Origin: Vicugna vicugna
Taxonomy: Eukaryota
NCBI GenBank assembly: GCA_013265495.1
Contig: MU057930.1
Span: 718,298-782,297 of the forward strand
DNA length: 64,000 nt
Reading direction: 5' to 3'
The number at the start of each line of letters is the position of its first letter. Positions within the stretch are counted from its first letter, which is position 1. Shown in pieces: positions 24,926-38,128 of this stretch. The notes beneath the pieces were generated by a model, which made no database searches, was not told the origin of the DNA, and saw nothing but the letters and a program-made list of their open reading frames with translations. The position numbers were made by a program, and so were the translations under genes.

Positions 24926-25914
24926 AACGAATAAAAGTTTCAAAACTCTGACCTCCCTTGGGAGCTACTGCTACCAATTTTCTTGCTCTCAGAGTTCTTT
25001 GTAGGACCATGTCTGCCCTGGGCGGAGACCCCGAGGACACCGGCAGCGTCGCTGTCAGGGCTCACGACCAGCGGCGCGGCGTGTCATTGTTTCCTGCGTC
25101 GCGGTGGCTGTGGGGTGGCCGCGGGGCTGCGGTGAGCTGGGGCCCCAGGGAGCCGTTGCTCGGGAGGCAGGCTCACGCGTGTGCTCCCACAGCTGGCTGC
25201 CACCCGGTGCCACACCAGCCTGGGGACATTCAAGGGAAGGCGGCCGGAAAAGTCGAATCTAGGAAAGGGCTGGATGCAGCTGTCTCGGAAGCGAACTGGA
25301 TTCCTTCTCCCCCGTCATGAATAGACACGGAAGTGTATGAGTGGTGCCCTCTGTCTTCGCACTGACCCTCGGGTTTGCTGCATATTTTTCATGAGCTGCC
25401 ATGAGGTTAGTTTCATATGTAGGTGGAGTGAGTCCTCTTTTGTTTTTGCTTTGTCAACATTTACTTCTGATTTTTTTTTAATTGAGGTAGAGTCGATTTA
25501 CAATGTGGTGTTAGTTTCTGGCGTACAGCATAGTGATTCAGTTACACATAATGTATTCTTTTTCATTACGGTTTATTATAGGAACATTGGGTATAGTTCC
25601 CTGTGCTGTACAGTAAGTCCTTGTTGTTTATCTGTTTTATATACAGTGGTGTGTATCTGCTCATCCCAAACTCCCAGTTTATCCCTCCCTCATCCCCGAG
25701 CCGGTCCTATTTTGGAATGAGCATTCAGAGGTCACCACATTGAGAGCTGGGACGCGATGACTTGAAGACTGGGCTCGGTGGGGGCTGTCCTGGGGACCAC
25801 CTCCATGTGGCCTGGGGGCTGGTTTCCACCAGGGGGCATCCCTGAGGAAACGGGAGGAGGCCACCCGGGGTTTCCTAATCTTGTCTTGAAAGTGTCCCTT
25901 CCATCAGGTTCTGT

Positions 25915-26310
25915 GATGTTGTGGACTGAACTGTGTTCCTGCAAAATTATTATCTTGGTGTCATAACCCCTAGCATCCCAGAATGTGCTTGTATTAAGAG
26001 ATGGGGTCTTGAAAGAGGGGATGAAGGTAAAATGAGGTCACTAGGGGGGTCCTGATCCCACAGGACTGGGTCCTTATAAGAAGAGGAGATGAGGACCCAG
26101 ACACACGCAGAGGGATGGCCATGGGAGGACACAGGGAGGAGACGGCCGTCCACACACCAAGGGGAGAGGGCTCAGGAGACACCAGCCCTGCTCACACCTG
26201 GATCACAGATTCCAGCCTCCAGGACCGGGAGGAATAAATGTGCGCTGTTTAAGCCGCCGCCTCCACCCCCCCGTCCGTGATGCATTGTTATGGCAGCCCG
26301 AGGAGACCAA
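25915..26310 (+). mobile_element. GC-rich MLT1-type LTR
   Basis: Same motifs as 16610-16960. Confidence 0.8.
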
Positions 26311-26794
26311 GACGGGTGGGATGTAGTAGGTTTATCTCAACTGCAAGGGGAGGGGCTTGGACTCCACTTCTTAATGGAGGCACGGTGAGGTAAGGACCTG
26401 TGTGTGGGAGATGTCAGGTCATCTCTGGAAAATGCAATCAGCTGCAGCATCCTTAGGACGCGTGTTTCTCAGGGATGGTGGAAAAAGGAGACGTGACCCA
26501 TTTGAAGTACTCTGACTGCTCTGCACTGCGTTGGAGCAGCTGTCACGTACCACTGAAGCCCGAAGGACGTTCATCTGATACCCCTTCCTTAATATCGTCA
26601 CCCCGACTTGTCACACTCTGGCCACCAACACCCAACCCCACCCCTAACACTTCCTGCTTCCGTTTGCACTCAAAAGCCATCTGAAGGCTTTCAATCTTGA
26701 GCGGTAAACGAGCCGTGTTTTGAGGTTTGGGAGGTTCAAGAAAGGTGGGTTTTTTTTGAAGTTTTTATCCTGCCATAAAATCAGAACAAAAGTT

Positions 26795-27210
26795 TGCCAT
26801 TTGCAACAAGCTCGACGGATGTGGAGGGCATCGTGCTAAGCGAAATAAGTCAGACAGAGAAAGACAGATACCATGTGATATCTCTTACAGGTGGAATCTA
26901 AAAAGATACGACAAACTAGTGAATGTAAGAAAACAGAAGCAGACTCACAGAGAACAGAGAACAAGCTAGTGGGGACCAGGAGGGGGAAGAAAGGGGGAGG
27001 GCAAGACAGGGGGAGGGGAGTCAGCGGGACAAACTACTATGTATAAAGTAAATAAGCTAGAAGGACACATTGTACCACACGGGGAACGCAGCCCATATTT
27101 TACGATAACCATAAATGGAGCATAATCTTTAAAAATTGTGAATCACTCTACTGTACACCTGTAGCTTATAAAATATGATATATCAACTCTACTTCAATGA
27201 AAAAAAAATT
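26795..27210 (+). mobile_element. L1 3' end
   Basis: GCTAAGCGAAATAAGTCAGACAGAGAAAGAC...AACTCTACTTCAAT followed by an A tail. Confidence 0.85.
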
Positions 27211-27587
27211 TTTAAGCCCTGGCTCATCCACGTTCCCCCTCATTAAAAAAAAAAACACTCTAAAAGAACATACACAATTTATTCAAAATTCATTAAAAAT
27301 TGTCTAGGGACTTTGTATATTATTTCTCTTCCCGAACATGTAGTGCACAGAGTCATGCACGACTCCGTGAATACGGCATGCCACTGAGCGGGAGGGCCAG
27401 AGCCTGCCCGGAGAGACATCCTGGCAGAGCACTAGCCAGGTGGCCGATGGCGGCAGCCCCAGGGAGATGGGCACGAATCAGATCCTTCTCCAGCATCTGT
27501 GTCGTCCTGCCCATCGCTCCGTGGGTACCACTCCCTGCTGTGCACGTTTAATGCAGCCCGCTGAATACTTCCCCGCTAACCTCTAGC

Positions 27588-27815
27588 CCAGAGTTCTTCA
27601 ACCCTGGCACCGAGGGTGTTTGGGCCAGGTAATTCTTTGCTGTAGTGGGGGCTGTCCTGCGCACTGTTGGGTGTCGAGTAGCCGTCCTGGTCTCCCCACC
27701 CACCAGATGCCAGGAACGAGGCCACAACCCCAATTGTGACAACCAAAAAGGTCCCCAGACGTTGCCAAGTGTCTCCTGGAAAGAGAGGGCATTGATGCTG
27801 GTTGAGAACCACTGG
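27588..27815. mobile_element. MER20 DNA transposon
   Basis: TTCTTCAACCCTGGCAC...GGGGGCTGTCCTG..GTGACAACCAAAA..CCAGAC.TTGCCAA..GGTTGAGAACCACTG. Confidence 0.85.
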
Positions 27816-27899
27816 CTTAGCACAATGTATTATTGTTGGTATTCAACACAGATCATAGACACAATTTTTATATGTGGGTGTGTATATATAGGTTTAGGG

Positions 27900-28032
27900 A
27901 GATAGATGGATAGATAGGTAGATAGATAGATAATTGGATGGATGGATAGATAGATACATAGACAGACAGACAGATTAGATGGATGAATGGATGGATGGAT
28001 GGATGAATAGTTAGATAGATGATAGATAGGTA
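27900..28032. repeat. (GATA/GGAT)n microsatellite
   Basis: Directly visible. Confidence 0.9.
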
Positions 28033-28401
28033 CATAGAATTACGTATTAGACGCTTTTCATATATAGTAGACAAATTATATACAGAGAGATAGAAAGTCC
28101 CAAATTTGTCTTCTTTAATTTGGCTACAATTTTCATTTAAAGAAAACCCTCCTTATCTTGACTTGTCTCCATTTAACCTTGAAAGAAAAAATAATCCTAC
28201 ACAGGTAGCTCACATCCAGGTGTCTGTCCTCTGAGGATCATAGTCAGTCAATTGAGTCATAATCACAGTGTGTAGGCAAAACCTCAAACCCACACGCTTT
28301 GTGAAGTTCTCAAGTTTGAAAGAAACTCCATTCAGGGAAGCTGAAATGATATTTTTATAGAAACATCATGCAGCAAGAAATCCAATGCCTAAATCAAGGC
28401 T

Positions 28402-28532
28402 TGGGGTGCATAGCTCAGCAGTAGAGCCTGTGGTTAGCATCCACAAGGTCCTGGGTTCAACCCCCCGTCCGTCCACTAAAAACTAAAATAAAAAATTCAT
28501 TAAAACATAAGGAAGCCTGATTACCTCCCCCC
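28402..28532 (+). mobile_element. Vic-1-type SINE
   Basis: TAGCTCAGCAGTAGAG...GTCCTGGGTTCAA...ATTACCTCCCCC. Confidence 0.8.
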
Positions 28533-30686
28533 AATTACCTGTGCCCAACGCAGAAATCAGACTTAATTAATTCAATGTTGCTTTTATATTTTTTTTAAGT
28601 TGTAAAAGTTCTCTAAGGAAAAGAAGTTCTTTTTTTTTTTTAAACCTATGTTTGTTTGCAGCCCCTTGGGTAGCATCATCCCACCATTGCCTACATGCGA
28701 ATTACTTCCGTTTGCAAAGTGTCCTCAGAGAATTTGGAGAAACATTCACTTGCTACTTCTCAGTCTCTCTCAAGCGCATTTCATTAGTTCTCTATAATGT
28801 CGCAGGACTAATGCGGAAACTTGATCACATCTTCGAGGAGACATCACCCGTTGCGTCTTATCTCCGGGAAGAACAGCTTCAAAAAATCTCCAAAGTCCTC
28901 TTACTTTTCTTCCCCCCTTTTTTTTTTTAATTTAAATTTTCTTGAGACTTTTAAATCATGTCAGTTTTTTTGGGAGGGAAGGGTAAACAAAGTTCATTCT
29001 AGAAAGAACAACTCATTGAGAGAAAAAACCGTTTTAAAATTTACAAATATGTACTGTTCATTGTTTCTAAGAATGTTTAGAGCATTAGCTTTCTAAACTT
29101 ACATGGTTATCAAGGGAATAGAGCCAACCCCAAAATAAGAATTAACAGAAGGCGATAATCTAGTCATAAATGTGCTGACGTGTATTCAAGAAATCAGTCA
29201 ACTAGGTTATAAATAGTAAGTAATTCATTTGTGTCCCTTTTTTTTTTCTTTAGGTTCCACATATTAATAATATCATATGGTATTTTTCTTTCTCTTTCTG
29301 GCTTCCTTCACTTAGAATGACAGTGCCTCTTTCCAACCTCACAAAACCCCCCAAATAAATCTTGCCTCCACGGTGAACTGACTTTGTTATAAATGAACAG
29401 CTTAATGTTAGGTGCAAGCCGGGTGATGATTACATTTAAAAATATTTAGACTTTGATGCGGAAGTTTTAGGATTAACACTTTAAAATGTTTGAGCTGATC
29501 ACCCTGAAGGCATCCGTGGACACATCGACACTGTTTGGTTTTTGTGTGTCTTGTTTGATACCGAGCGATCGGGACTTGCTGGAAAAATGGAAAAAAGAAT
29601 CGTGTTCATCCTGAGTTTTTCACTGGAGTTCTGATCTTGTCCGTCTAACGCGGCTTTGCTGGGCTCTAAACGGACTGCTTCCCGGTTTCTGGGGGGGGAG
29701 ATGGTTTGTGTCCGCAGACCTTGTCGTTCCCAATGTTAATTGCTTATTGCAGGCTGACTCAGATGGGAACGTTTAGTCATGAATGTCTCTCATCTGTCTT
29801 TTATTGAACTGGAGGTCCTTTTAACACATGGACCAAAAACCAACCAACAAACAAACATGAATAAAGCAGCCCCAAGCTCTATGAACAAAGACATGTATTC
29901 ATTTAATATTTTGTTTAGACATAGCCTTTCAAAACAAGAACAGAGCTTACAAGCTACCGTGTGGATCATTGTAATAACGTACTTTAAAGATATAAAACAA
30001 TGTATCGTTCAGCCTGCACTGTTTAAGTCGACTTTAATGAAGACGTGGGTGAGACGTGGCTGTTTTTCCTGAGTGTAGACTTAGCAACTGAAATTAATGG
30101 TCCTTCCTTGACTTAAGAACATGGACTTGAGGTGAGTTGTAATTTTAGCGTTCATCCCCCTCCATTGCCCTGAGATGCCTGGCACAGAAGTGGTCGTTCC
30201 ATCATTTCTGAAACATCCTGTGATTCCACCAAGACGTATGATCTTCTGTTTCTACGTGAAGAGATACAATCGTGAGGTCTGCTGTAGGTGTGCTTACCCA
30301 TATTGCAAGACCAAACCCACATGCATTTTCCTAAAATATATTTTGGGTATTGGAGCGGAATGAAATCAAGCCAAAAAAAAAAAAAAAAGGGTGTATACTG
30401 ATGAATGAAAATGTTAAGTATTTTTGTATGGTCCATTCAAAAGGCATTTTAGGATTCATATGTTGGCTTTGTTCCCTGGCAAGTGGTAGAGGAAATTGCA
30501 CAAACATTTTCTCTCTCTGGGCAAGAAGCTCTTAAAACACAGCGTTTATTCAAGAGCCGTGAGCACACAGAAATTGCACGTGGTTTATTCCCCCACAGAT
30601 GACACTTCATTTTACTGCCTGTGAAATCACTAGATTTGGAAATCCGAACCTGCTCTTGGCTGGGCTCAGCTGGATTCTGTTGGGCC

Positions 30687-31192
30687 TGTGGACTGAAGTA
30701 AACGGCAGAACCTAAAACTTGAAATTATGTCTCATTCGACGGATTTCCTGAGGGCTTGAGCCTGGCGCACAGCCTCTCAGATGCTCTACGAGGCTGTCCC
30801 AAAGAGGCAGGGGAGAAGCCAGGATGTACAGGAGTTTTTGCAACAAAGACGAGGTAGTGGGAACATCAGAAAGTGACTGTTAATGCAAGAAAGCCAGACA
30901 TCTCACGGTAAGGGATTTGGCGCTTTTCCGTGCACGGCAAGGTGCAAAGGTCTGGGCTGACTGAAATCACTCCTTTGATGTGCACCCAGCTCTCCGGGGC
31001 CAGGGTCCTGTTCGTCCACATCCTGAGCTCCCTCAGGGGGCCCCACCGGGGGCGACTGCAGAGGCCGGGCTGCCTTCTGTCCGCATCTTGAGTTCCGCCC
31101 GTTCACTGTGGGCAAAGGCGGTGGCTGCTGATGCCCTGATGGCCGCAGCATCCTTCGTGCACTGATACGGCTGGCAAGATTTTTTCTGTTGC
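30687..31192 (-). mobile_element. ERV1 solo LTR, MER41-like
   Basis: CAGCCTCTCAGA..CCAAAGAGG..AGCCAGGA..GGAGTTTTTGCAACAAAGAC..GTAGT.GGAACATCA matches laurasiatherian MER41-type LTRs as I recall them. Confidence 0.7.
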
Positions 31193-31449
31193 CAGGCTGG
31201 ACCCCACGTTTCTGGCTGGGTGCCCGTGTCCCCCTTGGCTTCTTCCCCTGGGGTGCAGCCTCGGGGGCCGTGGACACTTGCGGGCACCCGACTCTTCTGG
31301 CCGGTGAGCCCATTCCTTACATAATTAGAAGAGAATTAAATATGTGAGGAAGTGAGGATAAAGTAGGTCTTGGTGGCCTCCGGGGTTGTGACGTGTGAGA
31401 GCCATGGCTTTCTTAAGGACGGGACCAATTCCCCTCTCTGTCCTTAGGG

Positions 31450-31760
31450 GTGTTGGGACCCAGGGCAGGTCCCCCCCAAAAAGGGCTCAACGGCATACAG
31501 ATGATTTTGAATTAGAGTTACTTAAGAAACAGCCCGTGCAAGAAGGACTCTCTGACCTTCCTGTCTGTCTGTCTGAAAGCGGCACATAAGTCTCCGCTAT
31601 GAAAGTTGCCCTGCCTGCCTATGTAGGTAGCAGGACACCCTTAGCGCCAGGGACGGGGAATTCGGGGTGAGAACACTGTAAACAAACCTTGCGACCTTTC
31701 AACTGACTCCCCGTCCTGCAGAAGGTGGAATTCTGGCCTCTGCTTCTTGTAGACCGACTG
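31450..31760 (+). mobile_element. ERV1 LTR fragment (MER34/MER39-like)
   Basis: TG start followed by CCCCAAAA..GGCATA..GATGATTTTGAATTA..CTTAAGAAACAGC. Confidence 0.55.
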
Positions 31761-31774
31761 GTGAGGACACAGTG

Positions 31775-32200
31775 CTGTTCATTTTCTGGGGTGGCCACAC
31801 CAAATGACCCCAAACTGCGGGGCTTCAAACAGCATGAATCCCGGAGTCCTGGAGACTGGACGTCTGAGGTCAAGGTGTCCCAGGGCCGCGCTCCCTCCAG
31901 AGGCTCCAGGGGAGGGTCCCTCCTGCCTCTTCCAGCTTCTGGGGGCTCCAGGCGTCCATCCCTGGGCTGGTGGCCGCCTCCCTCCCGTCTCTGCCTCCGT
32001 CTCCATGTGGTTTTTTCCTCTGTGTCTGTGTCTCTCCTCTTCTGAGGACACTGTCCTTGGATGCAGGGCCACCTCCTCCAGGAGGACCTCCTCTCAGGTC
32101 CTTCACGTCATCCCATCTGCAGAGACCCTGTTTCCAGACAAGGTCCCTTTGGCAGGTTCTGGGTGGGCATACATTTGGGGGTGCCTTTGTTCACCCCACA
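31775..32200 (-). mobile_element. GC-rich MLT1-type LTR
   Basis: Same motifs as 6735-7105. Confidence 0.8.
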
Positions 32201-35200
32201 ACTGAGGCCGCCTGCGAATTCCGCCGACTGCAACCTGTTTCCGATGTATTTCCTGACCAGGAAACACAAAAGTTCATCTGCATCGCCCCCTGTCTGTATT
32301 TTTCCTCAAATAGCCTTCAATCCAGTCACACCTCTGATCACTGACAACTTGCCCATTTCCAACCCAGCACGCATTAAAAATCCTCGCACAAAAGTCTCTT
32401 CCATCTGCCGATTTCGTGTTTTGTTTTGTTTTGTTTTTCTTTTTCCTTTCCTATTCTAGGTTTTACCAGGAAGGGCTCCTCTGAGCTGCATTTCGATGCT
32501 TAAGCAGTTGCTTCATTCTGAGATCGCGGTGTTGGGAGTGAACTTTCGATGGGCTGGGGGAGGCTTTATTTAGCATCTATGTGTTCCAGAGAGCATCAGC
32601 TCTGTGCTGTCACCCAGCCCCGCCGAGCGATTGCGTGGTTTTAATAACTGTTTGAAACGGGCTGCTGTAATTATGCTAACCATCTAATGCGACACATAAT
32701 AAAAGTGACATTGCAAACCTAATTACTGTGTAATTATGTATAATCAGACGTTCTTCCAGCTAATGGGAGCACATTTCTTTGCATGGAAAGGAGTGTGTGT
32801 GTGTGTGTGTGTGTTTGCAGTCATCCTTTTAGTTCTGTTTCAGTGGTTTGGCGGGAAAAAAAGGTAATTTTTGTTTTGCTTTGTTTTACTTTCGATATGC
32901 TTTTTTAAATAAAGTGCTTCTTCACGCGCGTGTTTGTTTACATCTCAAAGAAGAGCTTTGAATCGCGTTCGATGAGGTGGTGTGTTTGCCACAGAGTGAG
33001 GAAAGCTCACCCCCATTTTTTTTTTTAACGATTAAACGAAGATTATTTGTTGCGAGCCAAGTGGTAATGATTGGAACCCTACCTTGGAGAACCTCGATGC
33101 TTTAAATTGCTTCCTCCTTGGAAACGTTAGCAGTGAGATGTGTTTCACAGAAATGTTTTCAGGCTTCAAGAACATATGTGAAAGCATTTCTCCCAACCGA
33201 TGATCAGAACATAATTACTATTAGTGTATTAAGTGTTGCAATAAATGTAAACCAGGAGACAGAATCTGGCGGGGCCCATGTCTCATGCTGGTGTCCGACT
33301 TGAGTAAGGCTGAAGGGTTTGGGGGAAAAAAATTGTTCCCTTTGCATGATGCCTGAAACGACCTTTTTTGGGGCAACTCCTGGGATCCGAGCATCTTCCA
33401 GAAGGTTCTGCTGAAATTAAAAACAGAATTGAGAAAGAAGACAGGTCAAACCGTCAGAATTCAGAATTATTTTTGTTTTACTCCGAGGGAGGTTGGAGGT
33501 TTCGAAGAAGAACATGTGGCCCAGAGCCGGCCGTTCCGAAGAGGCTCCTGGAAGCTGCCACAGGCTGCTGCTCGCTTGCACTGTATCCAGCAAGCTCCAA
33601 TCGCATGCCACCCCGGCTGCGAGACGGGGGGGTCTGCGTACCAGGTTCCGGACGCTTCGTGGTGGAAAAAGGGGACGGTGACTATTGGAAAAGCCCCCAG
33701 CCGGTGTGGTGGCGTCTCGGCATCATGGGTGCATTTGGGGCTGAACGGAGGAGCTGTGTTGCAGAAAGCAGGTGGACGCGTGGGCAGCGGTGGCCTGAGA
33801 CAAGGCGGGCCGGGCCGTGGGGAGAGGTGGCAGGCGGAGAAGGAGCACCCAGCCGTCCGGGCGTGGCCGCAGCCGTGGGCAGTGCGGGGCAGGGAGGGCG
33901 GACGGCCTCGGGGTGCACACGGGGGACTCGGTTCTCTGGCTTGGTAGACCTAGTCCCACGCTTCTCAGCTGGGATGGACTTTGTTCCTGCAGCCCCACCA
34001 GGGGACACTTGGCACCGTCTGGAGACACATTGCGTTGTCAGAATTTGGGGAGCGGGAGAGAGAGTGAAGGACACACAGACACAGACACACACATACACAG
34101 AGAAAGAGACGGAGGTTCTGAGCGTGCCCCCAACCTTCCTCCCCTGCAGCTTGAATCGTCATAAAACAGACGATTCGGGGGCAGCTTGTGTGTTCACCAC
34201 GCTGTCCAGTCTCCACCTCTGTCCAGTTCCAGAGCATTTCATCGCCCCTCCCAAAACAGGAGCCCCTGCATCCATCAAGCGGTCACTCCTCATTCCTCTC
34301 CGCCAGCCCCTGGCGACCGTGGAGCTGCCTTCTGTGTCTGCGGACTGGCCACTTCTGGGCATTGTGTATAAACTGAACCACGTACCCATGCGGCCTTTCG
34401 GGTCTGGCTTCTTTCAGTGTCTGAAACCTGATTCCATCGGCCAAGACCCTGTTCCCAAATAAGGTCCCCTTCTGAGATACTGGGGTTAGGATTTCAGGGT
34501 ATCGTTGGGGGGTGAGGGCGGCTGGGGGACACGGTAGAACCCACAAGAGCTTTCAAAACTCAGTCATGACAACCACAGATTTTCTTTTAAAAAAAGGAAA
34601 TGATACTACACTTAAAAAAAAAAGGTGTTTATTGAAATTAAACCCTCTTCTAGCAAGCGAGAACATTTTAGTTTCCATGTGACCAGTTCATCGTGTTTAT
34701 GGATGGTTTCTTTCTTTTTAACTAAATTAAAAGGGAAGTTTTAAAAAAAAATCTCTTCAAAGAAGGTATAGATTGACGTGTAAATGGTACATCAGGAATC
34801 ACGGATACGTGTTTGTAAATGTGCTATTAAGACAGATGAGATGTTAACCGGTGTTGGCCAAGTGCCATCGACGGACACAAGATGTGGATTGTTCCAGGAC
34901 CGTGAAGAACACAAGATACGGTGCTGTTTCGAAACCGAAAGGAAATCTGATTGCCAGCACGTTTGTACACGACCCAATAATAGCAGTCAGTCCCCATGGC
35001 CACGTCAGGAGCTGCGCGATGTTAGTGCAACGTTGAAAAAGATCAAAATGAATGCCAAAAAAAAAAAAAAAAAGATGAACAGCTTTTCTAAAAAAAGGCA
35101 GTGGTCAGTACACACAGACGATGCTCACCAGGTCACTTAACCCTCCCCCTGCCTTGTACCCGGGGAGGCGAACCAGGTGTGTGGGCCCTCCTTCATGCAG

Positions 35201-35219
35201 CATCACCGGAAGGCTGCAA

Positions 35220-35640
35220 GGGACGCAGGAACCTGGACGGACCTGCAGGCCATCGTGCTAAGTGACGTGAGTCGGACGGAGAGAGACGAAGGCTGGGTGA
35301 TCTGACTTCTAGGTGGAACCTAAAAAAATAAAGCAAAGTAGCGAAGGTCACAAAAGAGAAACAGAGTGACAGATACAGAGAAGAAACTACTGCTGACCAG
35401 TGGGCAGTGGGAAGGGGGGAGGGCAGGATAGGGGCAGGGAGGAAGAGGTACAAATTATTAGGTGTGAAATAAATAAGCTACAAGGATACACTGTACAACA
35501 CATGGAATAGAGCCAGGAGTTTATAGTAACTATAAATGAAGTGTTTATAAACTGTGAATCACTATGTTGCACACCTGAAACTTACGCAGCGTTGCACACC
35601 CACTGTACCTCAATAAGTTCAATTTAAAAAAAAAATTGAA
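35220..35640 (+). mobile_element. L1 3' end
   Basis: ACCTGGACGGACCT..GCTAAGTGA..TAAATAAGCTACAAGGATA..GTGAATCACTATGTTG. Confidence 0.85.
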
Positions 35641-35659
35641 AAAAGGAGAAGAAAAGGGT

Positions 35660-35780
35660 GAGGAGGGCAGAGCTCAGTGGTAGAGCGCATGCTTAGCAGG
35701 CATGAGGTCCTGGGTTCAATCCCCAGTCCCTCCACTAAATAAATAAATTAATTAATTAATTGCCTCCCTCAAAAAATTTT
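35660..35780 (+). mobile_element. Vic-1-type SINE
   Basis: AGCTCAGTGGTAGAGCGCATGCTTAGC...GTCCTGGGTTCAATCCCCAG. Confidence 0.9.
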
Positions 35781-36749
35781 TTAAAAAAGAAGAAGAAGAA
35801 AAAGGAAAGATGCCAGGGAGTCTGGGAGGGGCCTGGGTCCCGCTCGCCTGCACAACTGCCCACCCGGGTACCAAACAGCATCGCCCCTGCTCTTCAAAGC
35901 CAGCACAGAGCAAGCACCTGTGTCTTCCGCCCAGAGGAAGGTGGGAGGCGTGAGGCATCTTCCACGAATCCTCTGGTCTGCGTGCAAAGACACAGGCGTG
36001 AAGGCTGTGTCCCTCTGGGGCTTCCCCACGTGGGTCTGGCGTGTGCCACTTCGGGTCACCTGAGTCATGATGCTTTGAGCCCAGGCTCAGGGCACGGCGA
36101 TGCATCTTCCTGCTTCCTTTGTTCCGACCGCAGAAGTCTCCCCTGAAGGGGCTCAGGGAACCTTGTCCCTGCTTCCCGCTCCCGGACACGCATGTCTTTT
36201 CCTAATTGTGTCCCAGAGCATCCGTTCTTTCCAAATTCCCCGGGGAGAAGGTAGAACACAGCCACCTTCACGGGGGAGCGGACGGGCAAATGTTTATCTT
36301 TGAAACCCGGCTGCACCCTAATACTGACATTGGGACTTCCATGTTTTGTCCCCTTGCTACTCATGTCCACGGTTCAGAAGCTGGGGGGTGCACGGACGTG
36401 ACCTGGAAGGTGCAACGTTTGTGCCAGGGAAGGGACACATGGCATAGACGGAAAGAGCCAAGCGTCCGACCTGGGAGCTTAGAAAAAGAGCAGCCAAACA
36501 CACACACACACACATAAGAGAGAAAGAAAGAAAAGGAGAAGCACAGGGTTTCTTATATTAAAAAAGCAAAATGAAACAGAAAGGAACCACATAGACAAGA
36601 TGAAAAGTATCTGAATTATTTTTAAATAAATGTCATTTTAAGTTAAAACTGAATTTTAGTAAAATTTGTTTTGTTTAAATTTTTACTCTTTATTGTTAAT
36701 TTACTTATTTAATTTTTTTTAGCTTTTAAGTTTTTTTCTTTCTTTCTTT

Positions 36750-37042
36750 CTTTTTTTTTTTTTTTTTTTAAGGGGAGAAGTTTATTTATTTACTTATTTT
36801 AGAGGAGATACTGGGGATTGAACCCAAGACCTCATGCCTACCAAGCATGCGCTCTACCTGTTGAGCTATACCCTCCCCTCCTAAAATTTTACTTATTTTT
36901 ATTTTTAGGTTTTAGTTTTTTGGTGGGTGGAGGTAATTAGGTTTATTTATTTATTTTTATTAAAATGGAAGGAGTGGGAATTGAACCCAGGACCTCATGT
37001 GTGCTAGGCATACCCTCTACCACTGAGCTCTACCCCCCTCCT
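36750..37042 (-). mobile_element. Two tandem Vic-1-type SINEs
   Basis: Two reverse copies of GGG(G/A)ATTGAACCCA...TGAGCT..ACCC, at ~36770-36880 and ~36915-37040. Confidence 0.85.
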
Positions 37043-37896
37043 TAAAAATTTACTTGTAGCACATTAATTTTCTTTTAAATTAGATTTTAATTTGTAATAC
37101 AGCTAAAAGCACACTGAAATAGAAGTGGTAAAATCAACAAAATTCTGGTGAGATTGAACGTACAAAGGAAATAGAATGCGCCATGGAATAATAAAACGAA
37201 GATATAACTTAAGACGAAACAGTGTTTTTATATATTTTTATATATATTACATATATATATAAAATATAATTTTGAATTATTTTGTCCCTTTACATTTAAA
37301 AACTTGGGCACAAGGATGCATTCATAAAACATTGTATTTTACCAAAACTGTGTCAAATACCGGTGTAAGACCTGAAAAATATTATAGAAATTTAATGAAT
37401 TGAGTCAGTAGTTAGAAAGTGTGCCACCAAGAAAATGCTAGGTTCACGTAGTTCCATGAAACAGCAGAAAAGTCCAGTGCTGTCCAAATTTCTCCAAACA
37501 ACAGAAAAACAAGGGCCATCTCCAAAGCATTTTTTTTTTAAGCTGGGGATATTTTTATACCAAAACTTAATAAACAAAGCACAGGAAAGACAATTACAGA
37601 GCCATCTCACTGTGAGTAAAAATGGCAAATTTCGAAGCCACGTGCCAGCAGAACAAATTAAGTAAGCCATTCACTCCGTTTGGTTTATGTTGGGAACGCA
37701 AGGTTCAGCCTTACAATGTCTGACTGCACATTAAATATGAACAAATTGAAGGAAAGAACAAAATGAAATCAAAACAAAGCACTTCTCCTGCCAACTGATG
37801 CAGAAAATAACTGATAAACATTGAGCATTGCATTCATGATTTCACCAACCAGGAATAAATCAAAGCTTCCTTAATCGAATAAAAGCTTCCTACAAA

Positions 37897-38128
37897 GGGA
37901 TAGACTGGGATTTCAAAATTGTAGAATAGATAAACAAGATTATACTGTATAGCACAGGGAAATATATACAAGATCTTGTGGAAGCTCACGGCGAAAAAAA
38001 AGTGACAATGAATNNNNNNNNNNNNNNNNNNNNNNNNNNNNNNNNNNNNNNNNNNNNNCTACACTAGAACACAACATTGTAAAATGATTATAAATCAATA
38101 AAAAATGTTAAAAAAATTTAAAAAATAC
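37897..38128 (+). mobile_element. Young L1 3' fragment with 18-bp TSD, nested in an old L1 ORF2
   Basis: TSD ATAAAAGCTTCCTACAAA at 37879-37896 and 38129-38146. The flank encodes decayed LEVLA..IR.EQE...IGKK. Confidence 0.85.
38014..38058. other. Assembly gap (45 N) inside a young L1 3' fragment
   Basis: Run of N. Confidence 0.99.

Noticed and set aside
33368..34462. 364-aa plus-strand ORF
   Set aside because: Non-ATG start, GC-rich, runs through MER20, L1-like and MLT fragments; no recognisable domain.
35660..35735. tRNA-Ala-like sequence (and similar copies)
   Set aside because: Has the SINE A-rich tail and occurs in many diverged copies, so it is not a tRNA gene.
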